A DNA stretch of 64,000 nt from positions 27,402 to 91,401 of the forward strand of contig SUUL01000001.1 in NCBI GenBank assembly GCA_015062545.1, in the 5' to 3' direction. Shown in pieces: positions 9,584-18,427 of this stretch. Source of the DNA: Alphaproteobacteria bacterium (GTDB lineage Bacteria; Pseudomonadota; Alphaproteobacteria; Rs-D84). The translations under genes were made by a program, and so were the position numbers. How positions within the stretch are numbered: the first letter of the stretch is position 1; each line of letters begins with the position of its first letter. Below the pieces are notes generated by a model. That model searched no databases and was not told where the DNA came from. It saw nothing but the letters and a program-made list of their open reading frames with translations.

Positions 9584-10750
9584 CTAATGAAAAACGTAAC
9601 TGTCAATGCCGTTTGCAGATGCGTTAGATTTTAACTGATTCGCAGATGCATCTGTCAGACCATATACACGCACACGGTACAACCCAGTTCCCGTTGGTTC
9701 TACAATGGCATTAACACCCAACTTATTCTTGACATTTGCGACCTGATTGTTGGCGGCATTTTCAGATGAAAATGCACCAAACTGAACCCCCGTACCTGTT
9801 TTAGATGCAGATATAACCTGGGGTTGATACTGTGGGACTGCCGCCGTAGTTGCTGCATTGTATGCAGACGCAAACGTTGTTGCCACAGGTTGTTTTACCG
9901 GCGGGGTGGGTTGTGATATTGGTGGTACAGTGGTCTGCTTGCTGATTGGGGAGGCACCACTGTTTAACATTGAAAAACCACGGTTCAGCATTTGTGCCGC
10001 GATATTCGCACGCACATCTTTGTTTTCCGCACCCAAAACAACCGACATTAAGTGTGTGTTATCGCGATGGGCGGTTGCAACCAATGAATATTTTGATTTC
10101 TTGGTATACCCCGTTTTCATACCATCACAACCATTGAATGATGTCAGCAAACGATTGCCATTTGTGTATGTCTTGCCGTTATATGTCCATGATTTAATGC
10201 CAAAGAAATGCCAATATTGCGGGAAATGTTTATATACCGCCATGGACAACAACGCAATATCACGTGCCGTTGACAAATGGTCGTCATTTGGTAAACCTGA
10301 AGAATTCTCAAAATTAGTATCTGTTAAACCAATTTCGCGCGCAACACGTGTCATCAAATCCGCAAAAGATTCTTCCTGACCGCCCTTTAGATTTTCCGCC
10401 AACACACGCGCAACATCATTTGCACTGTAAACCGCCACGGCCTTAATTGCATCTTCTACGCGTATTTTAGAACCAGCAGACAGCCCCAGTTTTACAGGTT
10501 CTGCATTTGCGGCAGATTGTGACACAATCAAATAATCATCCAAAGACAGACGACCATGTTCCAACGCATCAAATGTCAAGTACAAGGTCATGATTTTTGT
10601 TAAACTGGCCGGGTAATTTAATTCTTTGGCGTTTTCCTGGTACAGAACGCGCCCCGTATCCATATCAGCCACCAATGCCGCACGATACTGCGCCCCAAAT
10701 ACAGGCGTTACACACATCATAGCAAATAAGAAAAGCAACATTCTTCTCAT
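9584..10750 (-). CDS. D-alanyl-D-alanine carboxypeptidase (PBP5/6-like, peptidase S11) with a C-terminal SPOR domain
   Basis: Signal peptide; SLTKIMT (SxxK); C-terminal SPOR-like segment (GVQFGAFSSENAANNQ...LYRVRVYGL). Confidence 0.8.
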   Translation of the reverse strand: MRRMLLFLFAMMCVTPVFGAQYRAALVADMDTGRVLYQENAKELNYPASLTKIMTLYLTFDALEHGRLSLDDYLIVSQSAANAEPVKLGLSAGSKIRVEDAIKAVAVYSANDVARVLAENLKGGQEESFADLMTRVAREIGLTDTNFENSSGLPNDDHLSTARDIALLSMAVYKHFPQYWHFFGIKSWTYNGKTYTNGNRLLTSFNGCDGMKTGYTKKSKYSLVATAHRDNTHLMSVVLGAENKDVRANIAAQMLNRGFSMLNSGASPISKQTTVPPISQPTPPVKQPVATTFASAYNAATTAAVPQYQPQVISASKTGTGVQFGAFSSENAANNQVANVKNKLGVNAIVEPTGTGLYRVRVYGLTDASANQLKSNASANGIDSYVFH

Positions 10751-10819
10751 GCGAATAATGTTAGTAAAAAATACGCAATCTGGTCAATAAAATAAAATCC
10801 CACCAAACGGTGGGATTTT

Positions 10820-12190
10820 TCAATCCAAGGTGCGAAGACTGATTTTATCTTCATCAACAATTACCAGTTTTCCCGAATTTATATGGAACTGACGTGCGGC
10901 GTTAAACGCATCACGCATGCCAAATAATTCTGTACTGAATACAGGGAAAACACCACGTGCCAGACACAACTGATTTGCAATCATGGAATCGTTACAAACC
11001 GCAATAACTGGGATATCTGGCTTGCGACAAGAAATTTCAATCGCCGCAATCGTGTCACGCGCAAACACAACAATAGCAGACGCTTTGTTCAAATACGCCA
11101 TTGACGCAACAGAACGCGACCAATCATTTTCAGGAATGTTTTCCACACGTGACCAATCGTACGGATTGGCAATAGTATCAGCATCTGCATACGCCAAAAT
11201 GTTATACATTGTTTCAATAACATTAACCGGATTAATACCAATCGTTGTTTCTTCGGATGTCATTGTGGAATCTGCACGCAGATACGCAGTGTTTGCAACG
11301 TCTGTAATTTCTGCACGGGTTGGAAATTCACTATTTACCATCGAACCCAACATTTGGGTGGCAACGATTACAGGCTTGTTCATTTTGCGACATTCGCGGA
11401 TAATATGGCGCGAAATTGCAGGCACTTCGGCATAAGGAACCTCTACCGCCAAGTCACCACGCGCAATCATTATGCCATCTGCCGCCGCGGCAATTTCTGT
11501 GATACGCTCAACCGCGTTTGGACGTTCAATCTTGGCAATAATTTTTATTGGTGCGGATGTGCGTTCGGTTATAAAATCACGCACTTCGGCAATATCTTCG
11601 GGCTTTTGTACAAATGATATAGCAACCCAATCAGGATTCTTGGTTAATGCATATTCCAAATCCGCCCTGTCCTTTTTGGTCAAAACAGATGTTGATATTT
11701 CAGTGTCTGGCAGATTAAAACCGCGGCGCGACCAAATTTCTGTTCCACGAATAACCTTGGTTTCAACAGATGTTGGGGATGCAGATGTAACCTGCATTTC
11801 AATCTTGCCGTCATTTAATAATACCCTGTCACCAACCTTCAAGGATGCCAAAACTTCGGCATCTGGCAACTGAACGCGTGTTTCATCGCCAGGCGTATCA
11901 AAAGAATCAAATGTAAACGTTTGTCCAATTTTTAGAGGATATTTCCCTTCGGTCTTGAAATTTCCAATACGATGTTTTGGCCCCTGCAAGTCAATCATAA
12001 CAGCAACAGGTATATTCAATTCAGCAGATATTTCACGTATCATGTCAATCTTACGCCCTTGGATATCGCCGGTGTCGTGGCTAAAATTCAATCTGCACAT
12101 ATTAACACCCGCAGAAATCATACGGATCAAAGTTTCCCTGTCTTCACAATTCGGACCAATAGATGCTGTAATCTTTGTATATTTTTTCAT
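10820..12190 (-). CDS. pyk: Pyruvate kinase
   Basis: N-terminal TKIxxTxGP-like TKITASIGP; NFSHD...MIDLQGPKHRIG; 456 aa. Confidence 0.9.
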   Translation of the reverse strand: MKKYTKITASIGPNCEDRETLIRMISAGVNMCRLNFSHDTGDIQGRKIDMIREISAELNIPVAVMIDLQGPKHRIGNFKTEGKYPLKIGQTFTFDSFDTPGDETRVQLPDAEVLASLKVGDRVLLNDGKIEMQVTSASPTSVETKVIRGTEIWSRRGFNLPDTEISTSVLTKKDRADLEYALTKNPDWVAISFVQKPEDIAEVRDFITERTSAPIKIIAKIERPNAVERITEIAAAADGIMIARGDLAVEVPYAEVPAISRHIIRECRKMNKPVIVATQMLGSMVNSEFPTRAEITDVANTAYLRADSTMTSEETTIGINPVNVIETMYNILAYADADTIANPYDWSRVENIPENDWSRSVASMAYLNKASAIVVFARDTIAAIEISCRKPDIPVIAVCNDSMIANQLCLARGVFPVFSTELFGMRDAFNAARQFHINSGKLVIVDEDKISLRTLD

Positions 12191-12232
12191 TTTATTTCCA
12201 TTTCTGATTTTTGTTTTTCTTGATTTTTACGT

Positions 12233-12250
12233 TTTATGATATATCATAAA
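12233..12250. promoter_or_regulatory. 18-bp perfect palindrome (TTTATGATATATCATAAA) in the promoter region of the gapR-like gene
   Basis: Exact inverted repeat read directly, 30 bp upstream of the 12280 start and overlapping -10-like hexamers. Candidate operator. Confidence 0.5.
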
Positions 12251-12279
12251 GTCATCAAATAAACAAGGGGAAAACAGAA

Positions 12280-12528
12280 ATGAAACAAGCAAATCATGGC
12301 GCGATTGATAACCAACAATTAATCAGCATTATCGAAAGAATTGAAAAATTAAACGAAGATACAGCTGCAATCGCTGCAGACATCAAAGAAATATACAGCG
12401 AAGCAAAATCCGCAGGTTTTGATCCAAAATATATCCGTCAAATGATACGTCTGCGTAAACTGGACCCAGATGAACTGGACGAAGCCGATGAATTAACGCA
12501 GATGTATCGCAACGCACTGGGATTGTAA
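12280..12528 (+). CDS. DUF2312/UPF0335 family protein (GapR-like nucleoid-associated protein)
   Basis: 82 aa; conserved GFDPKYIRQMIRLRKLD segment typical of this alphaproteobacterial family; GGGGAAAA RBS. Confidence 0.75.
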   Translation: MKQANHGAIDNQQLISIIERIEKLNEDTAAIAADIKEIYSEAKSAGFDPKYIRQMIRLRKLDPDELDEADELTQMYRNALGL

Positions 12529-12842
12529 TGAAAGGTTTTACAAAAACTGTTGAAGATTTTAACTGCGCCCATTGTGGCGCAGTTGTACATGGTAACGGGT
12601 ACACCAATCATTGTCCTGAATGCTTGTGGTCACGACATGTTGATAACAATCCTGGCGACCGCGCCGCAACATGCGGCGGTATGATGCGACCAATATCGGT
12701 GGAATCTGATGGGGATAAATTTATCATTACACACAAATGTGAAATATGCGGAAAGATAAAGCGTCAAAAAACATCTGATGGGGATAATATTGATGCAATT
12801 ATTGATATATCGCGTGATAATTCATTTATTTTCGGAAAATAA
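12528..12842 (+). CDS. RNHCP-domain zinc-ribbon protein
   Basis: GYTNHCPECLWSRH (RNHCP motif) plus additional CxxC pairs (CAHCG, CEICG). Confidence 0.6.
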   Translation: MKGFTKTVEDFNCAHCGAVVHGNGYTNHCPECLWSRHVDNNPGDRAATCGGMMRPISVESDGDKFIITHKCEICGKIKRQKTSDGDNIDAIIDISRDNSFIFGK

Positions 12843-12873
12843 AAAACCGCCAATATGGCGGTTTTATTATTTT
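12841..12873. terminator. Bidirectional hairpin terminator shared by the RNHCP gene and acrB
   Basis: aaaaaaccgccaatatggcggttttattatttt. Confidence 0.65.
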
Positions 12874-15800
12874 ATCTTGGGCCACTTTGGACGCCAGTGA
12901 CGCGCACGTTCAATCAAGAAGAACAGCGCAGGCGTTAATGTGAATGTAAACACCAAAGATGCAAACATACCACCAATCATAACCGCACCCATCGCAACCT
13001 TCATACCGTCAATAGACCACAACTGTGGAACCATACCTGACATAACCGCAATAGATGTCATTAAAACCATATCGCGCTTGTCTGTTAATTCTGCCCATAA
13101 CGCATCATACATATCTTCGCCAGAATTGACACGATTAATTGTTGGTTCCAGTACCAAAATATTATTATTTACCACCAAACCAACCAACATAACGAATGCC
13201 AACATCGCACCAATATTCAATGTCGCACCGGACAAGAACATTAATACAAATACACCCGCAAAACTGGTCAAGATGGATGTCGCAATGGTAAACGGATGCG
13301 CCAAAGAATTCAGAATTGCCGCCAACAACATAAATGTCAAAATTGTCGCCAAGAAGAACGCCTGACCAATTTCAGATGCAGCATCCGCCTGATATTCAGA
13401 TGAACCACCAAATTTGGCATAATATCCGTATTCCCAATCCATAGAATCTAATTGGGACTGAATTTTTGCCTGAACAGGCCCCATCGTAGATTTACCGATA
13501 TTTATATCAATTTCGGTTAATCTGTTCTTGGATTCGCGGCGAATATCGGGCGTTGCGCGCGCCATTTTAATTTCACCCAAAGATGATAATGGCACCATAC
13601 CTTTTTGCGAATTCACATACACATTATCAAACAAAGACGCATTTTTAAACGGACGGGCAAATTCCAAAATAATTGGATATTCTTCGCCTGCTTCCTTGTA
13701 CTTATAATCGTCATTACCAAACAACGCGGTACGCAATGTTGTACCTGCATACGCGTTCTGGACACCCCAGAAATTCATTTTTTCTTGGTCTGGGATAAAT
13801 TGCGTTTCCATCGCAGGTAACTGCTGGGCGCGAACCGCAGATTGAACTTCGGGGATTTGATTTACTGTGTCAATAATTTGTGCCGCATACGCTTCGCGTT
13901 TGGCATCATCTGGGCCAAATACATTTAACACCAAATCAGATGTCAAACCTGCCGAGTGCGCTTCACCCGCACGAATCTGAATTTCTGCATCTGCAACTTC
14001 GGATATTACTGGCAACATTTTTTGTGCCAATATCTTGTCAGACACATCACGTTCAGATACATCAACCAATTCAATCGTTATTGTTACATTCTGTAATCCA
14101 CGTTCACCAATTTTTGTTGTTAAAGATTTAACTTCTGGGAACTGTTGCAATTTATCTTCAATTTGCATCGCGATTGATTCAGATTTTTCAAACGTAGATC
14201 CCATTGGCGCACGCGCAGTTACCGTGATTTCATTCGCGTCCGTTGTTGGCGAGAATTCATTCCCAACAAATTTCATCAGCATTGTTGAGCCGATAAATAC
14301 AACAATCGCCAACCCAATTACACGCCATGGGTGTGCGGCCTGAAAATCAAACCAACGGCGCATCCAGCCCGTGCTGCCAGGTTTTGGATATGATTGTTGC
14401 TTCTTTTTTGCAGCCTTGTTATTTTGTTTTGTCAGGCGCAAAAATTTCGCAATCATCATTGGTGTTAACGTAAACGAGAACATCAATGACAGCAACGTCA
14501 GATACACAACAGTCATACCAAACTGAACCATGAACTGACCAACAATACCGCCCATAAACGCCAACGGCAAGAACACCACTACGTTTGTACCAACACCTGC
14601 CAAAACAGATACTGCAACATTTTTTGTTCCATCGATGGCGGCATCTTCTGGATTTTTACCCGCACGCATTTCTTGCAAGGCGGCTTCAATCAAAATAATT
14701 GCGTTTGACACCAACGTACCCAACGCCGAAGAATATGCCAACAATGTTAATGCATTAATTGTAAAATTACTGTTGTCCATAAAGAAGAATCCGGCAATCA
14801 ATGATGCGGGAATCACAACGCCCGCAATAATTGTTGAACGCCAATTACGTGTAAATGCCAACAATACCAATACCGTCAATAAAATACCCAGAATAATACC
14901 ATTGATTGTACTGTCTGTTTCATCAGACACGGCGATTGAAGAATCAGATGCAATTAACATTTCTGCGTTTGGAAAACGCTGAGATAAATCTTTCTGAAAT
15001 TCTGGCATTTTTTTGCGCAGTTCATTTGAAATATTTATTGCATTACCATCAGATGATTTTACAACAGATGCAATAACAACGGATTCACCGTTATAACGCG
15101 CACCATTTTCAATATCACGTGCCGCATCGGTAATTGTTGCAATATCCGACAGATTAAAGTTGTTACCTTCAACCGTTGTTAAACGCAAATTTGCAATTTC
15201 TTCAACAGATGCAAATTCACCAATAAAACGAACGTTGGAAGAATTTGCAGACGTTTCGATTTTCCCACCCGGAACATTCAGATTGTGCGCCCCCAACGCG
15301 GATACAACGTCCATAACCGTTACACCACGCGCAGCCATCAAATCAGGATTCATCGCAACACGAATTGCACGTTCACGACCACCAAATACAGATACACTGG
15401 CCACGCCATGCAGCCCTGTAATTTTTGTGGATAATATATTATCAACATATTCTTCAACATCGCGTGCATCCGCCCCGCGAATAACGATATCCACAACAGA
15501 TTCTTGCAACGGGTTTAATTTTTCAACAATTGGATTTTCCATATCTGCTGGGAATTCGGAAATCAGCGAATCCAGTTTTGTTTTAACTTCGTTTGCCTTG
15601 TCGTTAACATTTACCCCCAGATTAAATTCAGCCATAACCATCGCGCTGTTTTCATATACGTATGCCGTTACTTTTTTAAGTTCTGAAACTTCGGACATCG
15701 CATCTTCAGCACGTTGCACAACCTGAGATTCCAATTCTTCGGGTGATGCACCAGGATAGATAAATGTTGCAGTCACCATTGGAAAGTCCAATGCCGGCGT

Positions 15801-15902
15801 ACGTTCAATATTCATATTTGGAAAAGACACAAAACCCAATACAACCCACACCAAAACAAACATTACTGTGGTAATTGGTCTGCGAACGAAAAATTTTAAC
15901 AT
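12867..15902 (-). CDS. RND multidrug efflux transporter permease (AcrB/HAE1 family)
   Basis: 1011 aa; 12-TM RND architecture with two large periplasmic loops; conserved stretches of the AcrB family. Confidence 0.9.
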   Translation of the reverse strand: MLKFFVRRPITTVMFVLVWVVLGFVSFPNMNIERTPALDFPMVTATFIYPGASPEELESQVVQRAEDAMSEVSELKKVTAYVYENSAMVMAEFNLGVNVNDKANEVKTKLDSLISEFPADMENPIVEKLNPLQESVVDIVIRGADARDVEEYVDNILSTKITGLHGVASVSVFGGRERAIRVAMNPDLMAARGVTVMDVVSALGAHNLNVPGGKIETSANSSNVRFIGEFASVEEIANLRLTTVEGNNFNLSDIATITDAARDIENGARYNGESVVIASVVKSSDGNAINISNELRKKMPEFQKDLSQRFPNAEMLIASDSSIAVSDETDSTINGIILGILLTVLVLLAFTRNWRSTIIAGVVIPASLIAGFFFMDNSNFTINALTLLAYSSALGTLVSNAIILIEAALQEMRAGKNPEDAAIDGTKNVAVSVLAGVGTNVVVFLPLAFMGGIVGQFMVQFGMTVVYLTLLSLMFSFTLTPMMIAKFLRLTKQNNKAAKKKQQSYPKPGSTGWMRRWFDFQAAHPWRVIGLAIVVFIGSTMLMKFVGNEFSPTTDANEITVTARAPMGSTFEKSESIAMQIEDKLQQFPEVKSLTTKIGERGLQNVTITIELVDVSERDVSDKILAQKMLPVISEVADAEIQIRAGEAHSAGLTSDLVLNVFGPDDAKREAYAAQIIDTVNQIPEVQSAVRAQQLPAMETQFIPDQEKMNFWGVQNAYAGTTLRTALFGNDDYKYKEAGEEYPIILEFARPFKNASLFDNVYVNSQKGMVPLSSLGEIKMARATPDIRRESKNRLTEIDINIGKSTMGPVQAKIQSQLDSMDWEYGYYAKFGGSSEYQADAASEIGQAFFLATILTFMLLAAILNSLAHPFTIATSILTSFAGVFVLMFLSGATLNIGAMLAFVMLVGLVVNNNILVLEPTINRVNSGEDMYDALWAELTDKRDMVLMTSIAVMSGMVPQLWSIDGMKVAMGAVMIGGMFASLVFTFTLTPALFFLIERARHWRPKWPKIK

Positions 15903-15924
15903 AGCCCTGTCCCCTTTTATTCCC

Positions 15925-16524
15925 TTAGTGTTGAACTTTTACTTTGTCACCGGCATCAACGCGCGACAATATAACAATATCACCATCATTCAAACCAGAT
16001 GTTATATATGCGTTTTCAGAATCTTGGCGTGCGATAACAACATTACGTGGCGCGGCAATACCGTTTTCAGACACATAAACAACACCATCTGTTATTGCAT
16101 AAAGTGGTACAAAGTAGCCCTTGGCAGAAAATTCCGCATGATGCAAACCATCGGAAACGCCCGATGTTCTTACCAAGAACATACCCGTTTCCAAATCTAA
16201 ACTTTTAGATACAGATACGATTTTTCCATTACCTATTTTTTGCCCCGCACGCAATTTTGATACGCGATCCCCTGTCACATAGGCACGATTATTTTTAACC
16301 GATATTGGTTCATATAGAACACCGTCTGATATTTTCATTTCCAACGACATAACCGGCAAGCCAACATCTGCCGCAACACGCGATGCATTAAATACATAAC
16401 GCGCATTTTCAGATGCAACGGCCGTAAAACGAAATACAACCCAGCCAGCCAATATTGCAACCAGTGCAATATACATACATTTCTTGAATTTATTATTACC
16501 TATTGTCTTCTGTATTTTTTCCAT
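15925..16524 (-). CDS. RND efflux periplasmic adaptor (membrane fusion protein), unusually short and lacking the alpha-hairpin
   Basis: N-terminal TM anchor, then beta-barrel and membrane-proximal domain patterns (YAITDGVVYVSENGIAAPRNVVIARQDSENAYITSGLNDGDIVIL). Only 199 aa. Sits between tolC and acrB. Confidence 0.65.
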   Translation of the reverse strand: MEKIQKTIGNNKFKKCMYIALVAILAGWVVFRFTAVASENARYVFNASRVAADVGLPVMSLEMKISDGVLYEPISVKNNRAYVTGDRVSKLRAGQKIGNGKIVSVSKSLDLETGMFLVRTSGVSDGLHHAEFSAKGYFVPLYAITDGVVYVSENGIAAPRNVVIARQDSENAYITSGLNDGDIVILSRVDAGDKVKVQH

Positions 16525-16526
16525 TT

Positions 16527-17858
16527 TTATTCACCCAATTTTTTTACTGATTCCGCCGACATTAAAATCTTGTACTTTGTGTTTAACAATGCCATATCCA
16601 ACTGATACAAGCCTGCAGAAACATCCGCCAATTCAACTGCAGATGTTTGACCAGATGCAAAACGGTTTTGTGACAATTCATACGTTTTTGCCGCCAAATC
16701 ACGCGCGTTTTGCAAGGTTGCCAAATTGCCACGCAAATGGTCATACGATTTTACCGCATTATCATATTGTTCAGATGTTATCTTTTTTGCCTGCTCTAAA
16801 TCTTGGCGGGCAGCTTCGGCATTCATTGCCTCTACGGTTGCGTTGGCACGATTTAAGCCACCTGTAAAGATTGGCACTTGCAATGCGACACCCCATGTGG
16901 CAGATTGACTGCCAGATTTATCAAACATATGACCAATATCACCAGACATAGACATATAGTTATATGATGCGGTCGCCGCCAATGTTGGATATGCGCCGGC
17001 ACGCTTGGAACGCGCCAGACGTTCGTACATGTTTACCTGTTCGCCCAAGATTTCCCATTGTGGTGTATTTTTCAATTCACCTGCATTAATTGCATCAAAT
17101 GTTTTTGGGAAAGAATCAGTTAAAACCAATTCTTCATTCAAATCAATACCCGCCATAATTTTCAACATACGATGCGCGGTATCACGATTGAATTTCGCAT
17201 CAGAAACATTGATTTCTTTGGTTGCAATATCAGATTCAATCTTTAACAGATTGCTGCGGTTGGCACGACCGGCAGATGTTAATTTACTTTTTGCCGAACG
17301 AGCATTTTTCAAGTCACGTTCCGCCAAGATCACAATTTCATCCGTCATTTTGGCAGTCCAATATAAATCAGTTGCCGCATAACGCACTTCGCGCAAAGTT
17401 AATTCTTGTGATGCATTCGCCATTTTTATCGCGGACTTTACAGATTTTACCGCATTACCAATTTTGCCAAATGTATATAAAGGCTGAGTTAATGACAAGC
17501 CCGCCATGAAGATATTGTCTGGGATTTCAAATGAAATTTCTTTGTCTTTCAACGCTTCGGGTAACAGACCACCCAATTCTGGTGGCAACTTGAAATTACG
17601 CGAATCCAATGGACGTTCAACATTAACCAAATTCATATATGATGCCGTTCCTTCCAACTGAAACCAACGGTTCGCATTTGCCGCATCCAGTGATGCTTCG
17701 GCCTTCTTTACATTTGCATTTGCCTTTTTCAGATCGTGTGATTCATGCGCAATTTTTTCAACCGCATCCGCCAACGTCAAATCCAACGCAAAAGATGGCG
17801 TTACAAACAACGCACACAAACACACAACAACAGATAACAATCTTGATTTATTATTCAT
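16527..17858 (-). CDS. TolC-like outer membrane efflux protein
   Basis: Signal peptide; two internally repeated halves with long coiled-coil segments and Pro-free beta strands; 443 aa. Confidence 0.8.
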   Translation of the reverse strand: MNNKSRLLSVVVCLCALFVTPSFALDLTLADAVEKIAHESHDLKKANANVKKAEASLDAANANRWFQLEGTASYMNLVNVERPLDSRNFKLPPELGGLLPEALKDKEISFEIPDNIFMAGLSLTQPLYTFGKIGNAVKSVKSAIKMANASQELTLREVRYAATDLYWTAKMTDEIVILAERDLKNARSAKSKLTSAGRANRSNLLKIESDIATKEINVSDAKFNRDTAHRMLKIMAGIDLNEELVLTDSFPKTFDAINAGELKNTPQWEILGEQVNMYERLARSKRAGAYPTLAATASYNYMSMSGDIGHMFDKSGSQSATWGVALQVPIFTGGLNRANATVEAMNAEAARQDLEQAKKITSEQYDNAVKSYDHLRGNLATLQNARDLAAKTYELSQNRFASGQTSAVELADVSAGLYQLDMALLNTKYKILMSAESVKKLGE

Positions 17859-18300
17859 TATTCAGCTCCACATTTCTGATAATGTCGCGCATAGTACGCA
17901 ACGCGTCCGTCAGGCGTTTTTCATCTTCACGCGACAGATTTGCAAATACTTTTTCCACACCATTGCGAAACAAATCCATCGCACGAATCGCCAATTCCGC
18001 CCCAGATGGCGACACACAATACCAAGTATTACGGCGATCTTCGTCATCAATCGCACGTATTACCAAACCATCATGTTCCAACTTGCGAAATGCCGCGCAC
18101 AAATTTGGCGCAGATACATGTTCGCGGCGCGCAATATCTTTTAATTTCGCGCGACCACCATTGTGCAAACGCACCAATATAGACATCAACTGGCGCGGAT
18201 AGCCGGTTGAATCAACACGATCCAAACGCAGTTTTTCCGCGATCTTATCCAATGTCCAAATATTTTCTTCCATTAAACGAACAAATTCCTTGCGCGCCAT
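17851..18300 (-). CDS. MarR-family transcriptional regulator
   Basis: Winged HTH core (LMSILVRLHNGGRAKLKDIARREHVSAPNLCAAFRKLEHDGLVIRAIDDEDRRNTW); first gene of the efflux operon. Confidence 0.8.
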   Translation of the reverse strand: MARKEFVRLMEENIWTLDKIAEKLRLDRVDSTGYPRQLMSILVRLHNGGRAKLKDIARREHVSAPNLCAAFRKLEHDGLVIRAIDDEDRRNTWYCVSPSGAELAIRAMDLFRNGVEKVFANLSREDEKRLTDALRTMRDIIRNVELNNE

Positions 18301-18395
18301 TTTATTCTCCTATATAATAGGGTTGATAGATAAAAACGTTAAAAATCTTAATTATTATATATTTTAATAAAATTTTTGCAAGTAATATTTTCACA

Positions 18396-18420
18396 TATTT
18401 CAAAACCCGCCACTTGGCGG
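18396..18420. terminator. Bidirectional hairpin terminator
   Basis: aaaacccgccacttggcgggttt between the marR upstream region and the large secreted-protein gene. Confidence 0.6.
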
Positions 18421-18427
18421 GTTTAAT

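Noticed and set aside
9858-10379. 173-aa plus-strand ORF inside the carboxypeptidase gene; the same pattern recurs at 12940..13365, 15160..15726, 17005..18202, 49591..50157, 53319..54041 and 54120..54638
   Set aside because: These lie fully antisense to, or frame-shifted within, well-supported conserved genes. They have no RBS and low-complexity translations, so they are treated as shadow ORFs.
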